From: Zancudomyces culisetae HAW-14-8
Lineage: Eukaryota > Fungi > Kickxellomycota
DNA: 64,000 nt
Assembly (NCBI GenBank): GCA_052426225.1
Contig: JBNJNM010000014.1
Coordinates: 310,001-374,000 of the forward strand
Direction: 5' to 3'
Shown here: piece after piece, positions 10,983 through 25,016 of the stretch
Numbering within the stretch: the first letter of the stretch is position 1
Layout of the letters: every line of letters starts with the position of its first letter
Notes under the pieces: model-generated
What the model saw: only the letters and a program-made list of their open reading frames with translations
Databases searched by the model: none
What the model was told of the DNA's origin: nothing
Made by a program: the position numbers and the translations under genes

Positions 10983-12770
10983 AATATACATATTTCAGTA
11001 TTCACTAGTATGGCAAGGAAGTGCGTTTCTAGTCAGGTACTGAACATGGGGCGTAATACGTTGATATTAAAAGTTTTTTTTTTATCACTACAGCTAATGT
11101 GATGGTATATATACACTTCGATAAATCCCACTAAAGCTATGACGAAAAATAAAATATTTTTGATTTTTCAAACAACAGTTAATTGTATAGTTAGACTCCA
11201 AGAGTCATAAACCATGCTATTGATATTGTATTTTAACGACTAATATACAAATATATTAACCTGTAATTTTATTAATATTAACAAGTCAGATTTGGGATAT
11301 ATTAGGCAACTTGTAGAAAAAGGAGTAAAACCAAGATCAACAACAATCGGAATAGGTACACAAAACACCAGACACACATGAACTAAAGGGGAGGAGTATT
11401 TTTCAAAAAGAAGTACAAGGTGGTTTGAAAAAAAAAACACTGGCGATTTCTAATATATATAGGTCCTGCAATATTGGTGTTAATTTATTTGGACAGATAT
11501 CGACAATATTACGTTAATTAATAGTAGTTGATTCGCGTTAGTCAACTGAAAAGATACTTGTTTGCCGTACTCCGAGATAATAAAGAAAAGAGTGGAGTTC
11601 AAGGAAAACGGGAATTGTTATTACCAAGCAACCTAAAAAACGAGGAAAAAATAATAAATCGTCGATACTAAAACCGAGGTAAGAACACCATTTACAGGTT
11701 CATTAATGTACCTATTTTAGTTGATTTTATTTTATTTGATTTCGTTTTATTTGCTTTCGAGATTTGTCCAACAAGAGTTGTGGATTATATAAGAGAAAAA
11801 TATTGCATGTGTAAAAAAGAAGCGTATAATCTGAGCAAATATTGAAAATCAACTTGAAGTTTTGTTTACGTTAAGCGATCGCGGTAATTACTATTTTTTA
11901 TAGTAATGTTGACTATGAAAAAATTAAAAAATTACGCTGTAAGGATTTTTATTTTCTTCTTTACTGCCATTTAAAGTATTAAAAAAACAGGGCAAATTAT
12001 ATGACTGTATTTTATTTCGCGCCAGATTGACTTGAAACATACAAAAGAAAAATATATACTGATTATTTGAAAAAATTCAGTAAATGCAAAATATATGGAA
12101 ACCCCAAATGACTTATCCAGTAACTCATGATTAAAACACCAAAATATTACTGTGAAAAAAAACAACATTAAATAAAACACAAACAAAACGCAAAATCGTA
12201 ATCTTATGCTACACCATATACTGGGTGTAGAAAGTTGTAAAACTTTATTAGAAATGAAAAAGTCTTTATTTTAAAAAAGAGAAAGAAAAGAAAGAAAAAA
12301 AACCTTTAAAGGAAGAATTTTGATATTTATCTCAAGATTTTTTCTGTTTGCTGTTTTTTTTTTACTTTATTTTTTTGCGGCTAAGAAATTTTTTTTTTGT
12401 TTGGATGGAACTGAGGGTGATTAAGTAAAAGGGGGAAAAGATACGATTGTAATAAACACTTGATATTCCTCAATATAACATTGTATATGTTATTTTATTT
12501 TAATTTATCATATAATTTTTTGGATTTTTCTGGTAGGGAGGCAAACGCATATAGCAACAAGTGGGAGCACTGCATACATAATTACATTGGTGTAGCAAGA
12601 AGAAAGGAAGAACTGGTTTAGAGTAAAAAGACGGAAATATCGCTAACAAGGAATACAACAGTTACAAAGCCTGAATCAGTATCTGGTTTGATTTTTTTTG
12701 TTAGCTAGAGCGAGTATTCGGAAGTCTAAGCGAATAAAAGAATATAGGGAGAAAAACAAAAAGAAAAATA

Positions 12771-15700
12771 ATGGCGGATTTAGAGCAATATCTGAATACA
12801 CAACAAAGGCAGCAGGTACGCGTAAACTATGCACAGGCGACAGATTTTATAAAAAGCGTAACAGGAGAGGATATAGGAGCTGGACAGCTTGAAGAAAAGC
12901 TCGAAAATGGGATTCTTTTATGCAAAATACTAAACAAAGTATTTCCAAGAGTGATAGATACTATAAACACAAAAGATATTGCATATGCAAAGGTAGGTTT
13001 GAGTTGTTTATATTTTGATTTTGATTTAGTATGTGGTATTTAAAGCAAAGAAAATTTTTTATCTGGGGCTGAAGGGGAGGAGAAGTAGAAGTAGAAGAAG
13101 AAGGGAAGAGTAACTGATAGAAAGAAATATAAATAACAACTATAACTATACGTATATGTGTATGTGTAGGTGGAGAACATCAACAGTTTTTTGACGGGAG
13201 CGAAAAGGATGGGTATTAAAGAGACGTTTCTTTTTGACACTGTCGATTTATATGAAAATAAAAATATCAACAAGGTTATTCTGACACTACTACATTTGGA
13301 GAAGATCCACAATAAGAATGCTGAAAGAGTTGAAAAAAGAAAAGGGTTAACTGATGAAAAAGAATTAGAATATCGTCGAAGAGATGCAGAGGACAGTAGA
13401 AGATTTAGAGAGCTACAACGGGCACTAGGGAGGCGTATTACGGGGGATATTTTTTCTAAAAGGCAGTGGGAAGTAAACAGCAGCACAGCAGTCGAGAGTG
13501 AAGAAGGAGAAAGTCGAAGTGTAGAAGAAGGGTTTATTGGGGATACGATACCAGCACGACTGCAGGAAAGTATAGAATATAGCATTCAAAGCGGGACAGA
13601 TATAAAGAGGCAAATGCAGGAACAGGAATTTAATAGTAGTATAGAAACTGTTTTGGATTGTAATAGAAAGCTAGAAAGATATACCGAAAACATTTTAGGA
13701 AAAGATGAAGGAGAGTTGGAGGGGAATAGCAAAGAGTCGCGGGTGCAAATGAACAAAACAGTTAGAGATCTACGAGGAGATACTGTGATAGGTGCAGATA
13801 ATGTTATGGGGCTGCGAGCGAACATCCCCGAGTCGGAGGATAGTAGGAGGCAGCACAGCCATAGCACGGTTGTAGAGACTTTTACAGCAACAAAAGTGGC
13901 AGCGTGTACCCGAGGAAGCTCTATTTACGATAGTTTGAAAAAGCGGTTGGTTGTGCGGAATAAAAGTATGCAGGAGATGCTGGGAGAAGTGTATGAGCAG
14001 AATTACCAACTTGGAAACTGCATAGGAAAGGGACAGTACGGGGCAGTGTTCAGAGCACTGAATTTTGATAGTGGGAAAATGGTTGCGATTAAAAAGATTC
14101 CAATTGCGATGAAGGGGATGAAGGGAGAAGAGATAATGCGGGAAGTAGATATTCTAAAGTCATTGTCGAGTCCGAGAATTGTAAAATACTACGATTTTGT
14201 TAGAACAGACGAGTATTTGTTTTTGGTTATGGAGTATGTGGAAAACGGAAGTTTGGCAGCAACACTTAAATCATTTGGAGTGTTTCCAGAAAAGCTGGTT
14301 TTGGCATATGTCATAAAAACAATAGAAGGACTGATATATCTACATTCGAGAAACGTTGTGCACTGTGACTTGAAGGCAGCGAATATTTTGACCACAAAGC
14401 AAGGGAACACAAAACTGGCGGATTTCGGAGTGTCAATCAAACTCGGACTTTATTCCGAAGACGGAGAAGATGCAGGAGTTATGGGCTCGCCATTTTGGAT
14501 GGCTCCAGAGATCATTAAGCTTGAGGGAGCGACGGAGGCATCGGATATATGGAGTTTGGGATGCACAATAATTGAGCTGCTTACAGGAAGCCCGCCGTAC
14601 TTTGATTTGGTTCCACTAGCAGCCCTGTATCGAATTGTAGTAGATGAACACCCGCCTATTCCTGAAAACATCTCGCCAGAGCTCAAAGATTTCCTGTTAA
14701 AGTGTTTCCAAAAGGATCCAAAAGCTCGACCTACATCGATGATGCTGATGGAGCATCCGTGGATTACCCAGGTAAGTCAACAGAAGAAGCAAATGCAGCT
14801 TTTGCGAAGAACTTTCTCTATGAGAATGTCACGAGTGTTGGCCGAGTCGGAAATTAATCGAAAGAAAAAAGTGATTGGGATAGCACCAATGTTGGATCTG
14901 GTGTTGATCAAAGCCAAAAAAGAAACAGGACGTAGATCTTCATCCTTTAATAGACAAGTCAAGAACGCAACCCTAAGGTCGAGAAGATCCAGCGGTATTG
15001 AGTCACGGAAATCGAGTGTCAAGAGTGTGGAGATTTTTCAGGAAGAGACAACCAATGTGGATAGTGTGGTGGTATTTGAAGAGGGAGAACAAGGTATGGA
15101 GAAATCCGGGTTGGACTCAATCGCGGAAGAGGCACATAGTAAGTCAGGTGTGAAAACCGAAAAAACAACAACCACGATACTGACACCAGCAGACTTGTAT
15201 GACGATGGCTACGTATCAAGCGATGTACTTGTTGGCGAAAAAGTCAGTGAAGACCAACCAGCAGAGTCAACCAATATGTCAAAGCCAATTCAAGGTAACA
15301 GCAAGAGAACAATGAATTTGAACGGAAGAAAGATTATTCTACACAAATTGCGAACGCTTGTAAGTACAGGAAACACGGATCAGCCATGTTGTGTATGCAA
15401 TGAGTTGCTGGTTGGGCTTTACTATAGTTGCAAAGCGTGCAAACAGGCAGCACATCAACTCTGTAAGGACAAAATGCAAACTTGCAAGTCGTCTGAAGGA
15501 CGGTTGGTTGTTGTGCCACCTCGTAGAAGATCGTCTAAGCGATATCAAATCTCGGTAAGAGGCAAAATAAAGCTGGCTGGGGGTCGGCAGACGCATAGAA
15601 GAGGGGTTTCTTGCTATTCCAACTCACCATCTTTATCCAGCCGAAGCTCTGTTGCGGGCTCATTTTTGACACGCAGACCAGGTGTTGAGAAGCCAACCAA

Positions 15701-16748
15701 CTACAAGGGTTCTGGGACAAGTAGTTTGGTAGACTCTGCACATGCCGCAGATGCTACAACCTTGGAGTTTGTAACAGATGGCGAGATCAACGGAGCTCCT
15801 TTCCCAGTACTAACACCAGCTAAGGCCGATGGTTCAGGAAGGCGTATTGTTGGGGAGAGTAAGGTTGGTTCTACTGGGCTGAGCAAGCCTATACTATCTA
15901 CTAAATCTAGTTTTGGCTCTATCGAATCAACTTCAGGTCGTTTAGAAAACAAACTAGGTAAATATCTTGTTCGAGCATCCAAACCGAGCCCCGAGAGTTT
16001 GGAAAATACTTTGGTTGCCAAAAGAATAACAACTCAGTATGAATCAGATTCCTCCGCAAGTACATCTGGAGGAGTTTGTATTTCAGTTAAAAACAATGCT
16101 GCAAATATCAGGGGCAATCCTAGCCAAAGTACGCTCTCAGCCACAACTACAACCACAACCACAACCACGGCCAATTCAAATATAGTTTCTGCGGGTGGAA
16201 TAAGTTCAAGTAGTTTTGTTGTGCTTAACAGATCCAATCCATTACCATTGGGTGCTATGGCTGGAGATGGGGTTGTTCCAAAGAATCGTACGTCTTCACG
16301 CACAGTTAGCGAGATGGATGTGGCATCTAGGCTTTTGCGCGAAAATGTCTTGCATTCAGATTATGTGTTTGATTCCAGTGTGGACTATCGCTTGGTGTTG
16401 AGCGAAAAGGAGGTTTTCGATTTGGAGAGTGAGATTTATGGGTTCAAAAAGGAAAAAGAGGCAAACCACACCAGGGTTGCCACGCCATTCAAGTATATTA
16501 AGTCCAAGCTTGGGTTTAATGAGGGTACGGCAAATAGGGGTGTTGAGCCAAACAAGATTTCTGGTGGATCAAGAGTGCATAGGAACACATACACATATGG
16601 TAGTGGTGGTAATGGTGGTAATGGTGGTGCGACAAAAGACGTGAATATAGAGAGTGCAAAGTTTTCAAAAAGGTCCAGCAGCTTTTTGTCATTAAAGTCT
16701 GGATTTCTCAATACTTTGGTTGGGATTGGACCCAAGAAAAACAAATAG
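12771..16748 (+). CDS. Calponin-homology + Cdc15/SepH-like STE protein kinase + C1 domain; exons 12771-12992 and 13170-16748
   Basis: CH domain: LENGILLCKILNK...K|VENINSFLTGAKRMGI..LFDTVDLYENKN. Kinase: GKGQYGAV, VAIK, HCDLKAANIL, DFG, GSPFWMAPE. C1 domain: H-x-CCVC-x-CKAC-x-HQLC at about 15342-15485. The intron is gtaggt...tag. Confidence 0.9.
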
Positions 16749-17486
16749 AGAGATTAAAAAGGTACTGGTTGATCGGGTTATAGGTTGGTGTTAAGATTAG
16801 AATGTGACTTTTTTTTTGTTTTTGTTTTTGTTTTTGTTGGTATTTTCATAATTTTGTAAGGAAAAAAAGGTGTGGGGGTGGGGGTGGAGGTTTACTTTTA
16901 CTTGGTTTATTAATAATAAAGTGTGTAATGTGACTGAAAGAAAAGGTCTAAAAAATTTAACATTGAGATGAGGGTGAGGGTGAGGGTGAGGATGAGATAG
17001 GGTTGGGTGGTGAATATCCGAATATTGAAGATTAATAGCAAACGCCAGTAGTTTAAATCTGGCATTATAGATAATAATAAAAAAAGCTGTTATTAGTCTT
17101 GGATATCAGTGTTATTACTGCGTTGAATATCGCCATGTCAAGCGATGTGACAGGTTTGAATGAAACTGTGAATATATTATGCAGAAAAGAAAAACAAGAG
17201 GAAATTCTTAGATAATGCCAAGAATGAAGGTGAAAGCCATAAAGCTTTGGCATAAAAGAGGCATTTTTTTGGTTCACTTTGTTGGTTGGTTGGGATAAAT
17301 GGCAAACTTTACAAAGAAAATGTATAGTGGAGGGGAAAGAGGAAGAGGAAGATTAAGAAATTCCAAGAGAGTGTATCAGAGTAAACTAGTGAGTTGTTTA
17401 AGAATGGGTTTAGTAATTAAGGTGAATGGAATTGATACTAGAATTTGGTCTGAATATAATGATGATGCGCAAAATATGGGTGGGGG

Positions 17487-17557
17487 GGATTGGGGGATTG
17501 AAGGATTGGGGGATTGAAGGATTGGGTGATTGAAGGATTGGGTGATTGAAGGATTGG
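17487..17557 (+). repeat. 16-bp minisatellite GGATTGGGKGATTGAA x ~4.4
   Basis: Read directly from the sequence. Confidence 0.85.
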
Positions 17558-19526
17558 AAAAATGAATTTTGATTTTTTCAATGGGAGGTTGTTGGGAAAG
17601 TTATGGATAAACGGGATTAACAATAGAAGGGCGCTAGAGGGAGAAGTATAGGGAGAAGGAGAGGAAAGGAGAGGAAAGTAAAGTAAAGAAAAGAAAATTG
17701 TATATTCATTTTTTTAGCGAGTTACACAAGCGCAGTAAAAAAAAAAAGGTTAGAAAAAAAGCAACAAACTGACCAAAAGTAAAATTTGAAGACTTTGTGA
17801 AAGCGAATAAAATGTTTAAACTAGTAAAACTAGTAAAACAAAGTAGATAAAAAAAAAGTGAAGTGTACGCTAACCATTGGCTAGTTGAATAGCTTGGCAA
17901 ATGAAAAGCTAAAAAAATTAAAACGACAACGACAACGACAACAACAATGAGTTTTAATTTTTTTAAAGAGATTTGTAAATAAATAAAATTTTAATATATT
18001 TTTTTGGGAATTAAAAAGATGTAATTGATGCTTAGCAAAAAAAAAAAAGAAAAAGAAAGGAAAGGGAACATCAAATTATAAATGGTGCAAATGATTTTTT
18101 GAAATCTTGGAACAATCCCAAGAGATTTGGGGAGGGGGGGGAGGATGGAAGGAGGAAAGATGAGACAAAGAGTACCCAAATACAAAGGGAAATTATTACA
18201 GTGGAAATACCAAGAGTATAATGATTAACAGAAAAAAAAAATGGTGTGAAGCTAAAAGTAATGGCGTTAGGTATAGATGTGTGGGTATGTGAGCGTGGAT
18301 TTTGGGTACCATTCAGTTATAAAAAAAAAACGATCACCGAGAAGAGAAAAGAAGAGAATCCAAAAAAGTATAGAATATGTGACTAAACAAATGCAAATTG
18401 GGCAAGGAGAGGTAGTGAGTATGTGTTGAGTAGAGTATGAGGATGGACATGAACATGAACATTGAGGGTAAGGATAAAGATGAGTGTGAAGATAAAGGTG
18501 AAGAGCGGAGAATGAACATAGTAGGGCAGGCGATATGATATGATGATGGTGATGATGACGGTGTAGTTTGGTGTGGTTATGCTGATGAGCGATGTGAGAT
18601 TGACGAGGTGAGTCTAGGAAACGTGTAAAAACAAAAACAGAAACAAAAACAAACTCAGCAAAAGAAAATGGAGAAAAGGCATTAAGCTTTGCTGGGTAGG
18701 AGAAAAAATAATTAGCCGAGGAGCTGTGGTGAAACACAGGCGAATCAAGGCATTGGGAAAATCCAATAAAATGGACAGAATTATATAATACAAAGGGTGT
18801 ATTGGAATTAAAGTTTGCATTTAAGAGCGACTTGGTTTTAGATAATTCGGAGAAATGAGAACGAAAAATGTTGGCAAAATAAAGAAAATAAAAAAAAAAA
18901 TCAAAAAATGGGCAACTTACAAATCATTATCGAGATTCTAGTGTGCATACTTTGTTGGTAATAAAACTCAGACAAGACTGTGCAATAGTTTTTTGTTTTT
19001 ATTTTTTCGAATTTTCTTTTGAAGAGTGTATGGTAAATGGGTAAATAAATATTCAAATGAATAAACAAAAGAAGAAATTGCAAACCGAAAATCGAAAATG
19101 CAAAAAAAAAAAAAAAGGAGAGCTAAAGTATCGAATTTCCAATTAGATTGAGCGTTGTATACAAAATTTACGAACAATAAGCTGAGGAAAAAAAAAAGGG
19201 GGGGAGGAGAAAAACGGAGGTGCGAATAGAAAAATAGAATAGAAAATATTATGATAACAATCAGAATTCACCGCTAGTTGTTCCTTTCTAGCATTTAAAA
19301 GCCATTTAATTTTTAAAAAAAAAACAAAAATAAAAATAAATTGTAAATAAATACAATCCTAAAAAAAAGCATAGAATTGTGGAAAAAAAAAAGGTACAGA
19401 ATAAAAAAAGAACCCAAAACCTTTTATAATAGTCTTTTGTTTTTTTCAGAATTGAACCTGGTTTATTATTATAAACAAATACAAAAGTATTCTACATAAA
19501 TCTAAAAGTATATTTTGTAAGGAAAG

Positions 19527-21042
<1,516 letters not shown>

Positions 21043-21359
21043 ACTTTTCTCTTTTTTTTGAATTTTTATTATTCTTTTTTTATTGAATAAATTTCTTAAA
21101 CTAAATTGCTCTTGCTCTTGCTCTCTTTTGTCTATAAAGTGTTTTTTTTTTTCAACTTCTCTACTTCACAACACTACGCAACACTATCTAAATGTCATTA
21201 TACAGATATTTATATATATGAATAACTCTGTTTTAAGTGCTGAATTAATTAAACCAACAAAAAAAAACAACAAAATAAACAGTATTTTAGTTTTGTGCAA
21301 AAAGAAAAGAGTGTATAAATTAATCAAATCAACCACTACTAGCTTATTCTAACTATCAA

Positions 21360-23700
21360 CTAGCTGCTGTTAATATCACCACTACTGTTATCATTGCTCT
21401 CATCATCGACAACCCGTAGTTCCTGTAAATACGATTGAGCAAAAGTCTCCAAAATACTAACTACAAAATAAACCAACATGATTATAATAATCGAATTCCA
21501 AGCCAAGCCCAGAACATTATTAGCAGAGATTGATGGATTAAGATTAGTTAACCCAGAATCAGCCTCAACAGCAGCTGTGTTGTTGGGTATTGGCGAGGAG
21601 ATGGGTTCTGGAGTATGGCTGGATCCTATTATTGCGGTTCTTTGGGCATCTATAAATGCCGATAATTTGGAATAGATTGATGGAAATCTATTTTCAAAGA
21701 TCAGGATAGATTTGTCGAGTATTCCATCACCATTTGCATTTTTACTAAAGATAAAAATCACCACTGATGACTATTTATATATAATATATGTATGTAAGTA
21801 TGTACGAAAGTATATATATAGTATTTAAAACGGTTTATTATTGCTTGATATTGAAAAAAATAAAATAAAATAAAAATAAAAATAAATGGAAATGAAAATA
21901 AATGGAAATAAACACTTGCCTGTATTGTTGATTTTATCAGTGCTTTACCCAAAAACGTTGCTCCAAAAAATGTCCAAAATGGAATACCAAAATGTCCACA
22001 AGCTATACCAGCAAAATCAAAAAGAGGATTTGGAATCTATTTTAGTATCATTATTACTATTAGCACTAGCACTAGCACTAGTATTGTTATTGGTATTATT
22101 ATAAACCATCAAAAATCATAAAACAAAAGAATCTTTGTTTTGTCTCTCTTATTTTTATCTTTATTTTATCTTTATTTTAATTTTGCCTACTTACAGATGC
22201 AAATATTAGAATTCCAATAAATCCAAATCGCTTCAGTATTGTATTGATAAGCTCCATTGTATTTTCTTTAAGGCTAGAAATTCCACCTAACGTACCACTA
22301 CCATTACCACTGCTATTACTGTTACTATTATTATTAATGTTACTGTCTTTAAGTGTACTAGTGGTGTATTGATCGTTTAGTGTTGTTATTTCCTCGTGTG
22401 TTTTTCCATTTTTACTTTTTTTCTCACTTGATTTCCGCCCTAATCAAATACATATAATTTATATAATATATATTTATATAATATATAATTATAATATATA
22501 AATAAATATAAATTGGTCTGTTATTATAAATTTATCGCTTTTCAAATCAATATAAAACGAAATAAAAAGCTAGTTTACTTACGTTTAGACTTGTTTTCTA
22601 GTTCTAGTTTCGATTTAGACGATTCCCCGGACGATACATTGGCCGAGGTAGTAGCAGAAGCCGTTCGAGCCAAAAAATATGGTGGTAGTTCACCAAGAGC
22701 AGTACCAGCACCCCAAAACAGACTAGGTAGGAAGATCTTTGTCAAAATCGGAAAGAATAGATTTGTACCTTTGGAATATTCTGGAGATATTGTGGATTTA
22801 TCAAGCATATCCATACATTTAAATCTATATTTACAGATATAAATCGATTACATTTCTCTCTTTTTTTTCATATATAATACATATTTAGCAAAATAACAAT
22901 GGTAATTATAATGATAATTATAATGATAATGATATAAACTTACGCATTAGGCCCATTTACAAAGAAATTGGTATTTGAACATTCATATGCTAGAAAAGTA
23001 ACTTTGGCAACAAACGGACCTAGAAACAACATGAATGTATGTAGACCAGCACCCAGCCCAATAGAAGATAAAACACCCAGGATCACCCAATACCCATACC
23101 AAGATATAAGTTTGTTTGCAGATAATAGAGACTATTGTTATTATTTTCAAACCATATTAATAGGTAAAATCAACAATTATATGTGACATCATTTTGAATA
23201 AAAAGTGAGAGGAAGTGAAGGGAATAGGGGGGGGGGGGGAGGGGGGATGGTGGAAATTTTACCTTTGAGAATGTGAAATCGGGATATTTTAGAGCTAATA
23301 TGTTGATGCCGAGTATTATAAATATGGTTCGAAGTACTAGTTTGTTATCTAGGAGGTTTGAAATGTATCGACCAGAGTACTTGGAAATGTACTTGAAGGA
23401 ATAATACAGAACCAAGAAGGGGTGTGTATAAAAACTGAGATTTTGTGTCAAGTCTTCTAGAATTAGTTTTTATTTTAACCTTGTTTATATATTTTCAAAT
23501 TTACATTGAAATGGTTGGATTTCTAGATTTTATAAATATATAATAGAAATGCAAAATTAAGGTTATCTACCTTTATTCGATAATACATTGTTAGGTATGG
23601 TTGAAGATTTGGGGTTTGTGGTCGATAGTTTCGTTATAGCCGATATTTTATTGATAGTTTCCGAACTCATTATATTAGCCAGAGAAAACTGGAGCTCCAT
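21360..23700 (-). CDS. VMP1: Vacuole membrane protein 1 (DedA/VTT family); exons about 23571-23700, 23263-23456, 22944-23131, 22583-22824, 22195-22439, 21920-22036, 21360-21770
   Basis: Motifs [50 protein letters not shown]|[16 protein letters not shown] and GKALIK. The start codon is the least certain part. The last intron is GC-AG. Confidence 0.9.
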
Positions 23701-25016
23701 AGGTATCCTTTGTATTGTATCCTTTTCGTTTGTATATATATGTATATATATTTTTTTCACCGACCTTTTTTTTCTTGACTAGTTAGTATTTCTGTTCTTT
23801 ATAATTTTTCTTGAATAGTTGGTAAGGAGGAAAATCGTCTTTACAAGAGTCGATACTTTTTTTCGTTTTGTAAAGAATTGTAAAGTTGGTTAAATTAAAA
23901 AAAAGGATTAAAGTATATAAAAAATTAAAAAGAGATATTAATAGTATTTAGAATGAAAAGATATAACAAGACCAAGACTTTTTAGAATCTAAATTGGATT
24001 AATAGTCGATTTTTGGTATTTATCTCTATGGTAATATAAGCTTGGCTTTGCTTTGCTTTGCTTTGCTTCTATAAAATGTATTAAAGGAAATAATAGAACA
24101 TTATAAAATAAACAACCTTCAAGAAAAAATAAATCTAAAATGAACAAAACTTATCACTAAAAAAAGCCACCAATAAACTAACAAGAACTGTGGGAAAAGA
24201 AAAAAAAATAGAGAGAGAAGAAATAAAAAGCACTCTTCGGCAACTTTCCTCATCTTTTCTGCCTACCATCATCGTCTTTTTTATTATTATTAAACAAAAC
24301 CAGGGGAGCGAGGGAGGGTTTAGGGATGAAGGGAGGGAGGATGAATTGTAGGGCAAATTTTTAGTAGGGAATAATTTTCGGAATAGAAAAATCGGGTATA
24401 AAATCTAGCAAATAAAACACAGTGCAAAAAAACAAGATTTATTTGTATTTGTATTTGTATTTGTATTTGTATTATTTTTACTTTTTAATACCAGTACTTT
24501 GTTACTATGAATATAATTGTAATTTGTGTATGTATATTTTTATTGTTTGTTTGATTTTTGTACAGCGTATCCAATTAACACATGATAATGATTTAATTAT
24601 TAATATAGTTCAATTTTAATTTATTTCACAAGACTAGGAAACCATTTACTAGGACATATGATGTCACTATTATTTCTTTATACCTTAATTTGATGAAATT
24701 ACTTTACAAAATGACTATTAAAAATAAAGTAAAAGTAAATATATAACAGTTGGTTTATACAACTAACAAAGTGACTTAAGAGATTAGTTTAAACGCAGTT
24801 TGCGGTTATAGATGATCTAGTTTTAATGTTCAATAGCAACAAGTATATTTAATTGTGTGGATAAAACTCTAAATGAAAAACAAAAAACAAAAAACAAAAA
24901 AAAAGAGTGAAAATATAGATTTTATTGCATTACTGAAAATATTGTAAAAAAAAAGATAAAAATAAAAATAAAAGTGAATGACAATAATCACATGACTAGT
25001 TGAAATATATGAAAAA

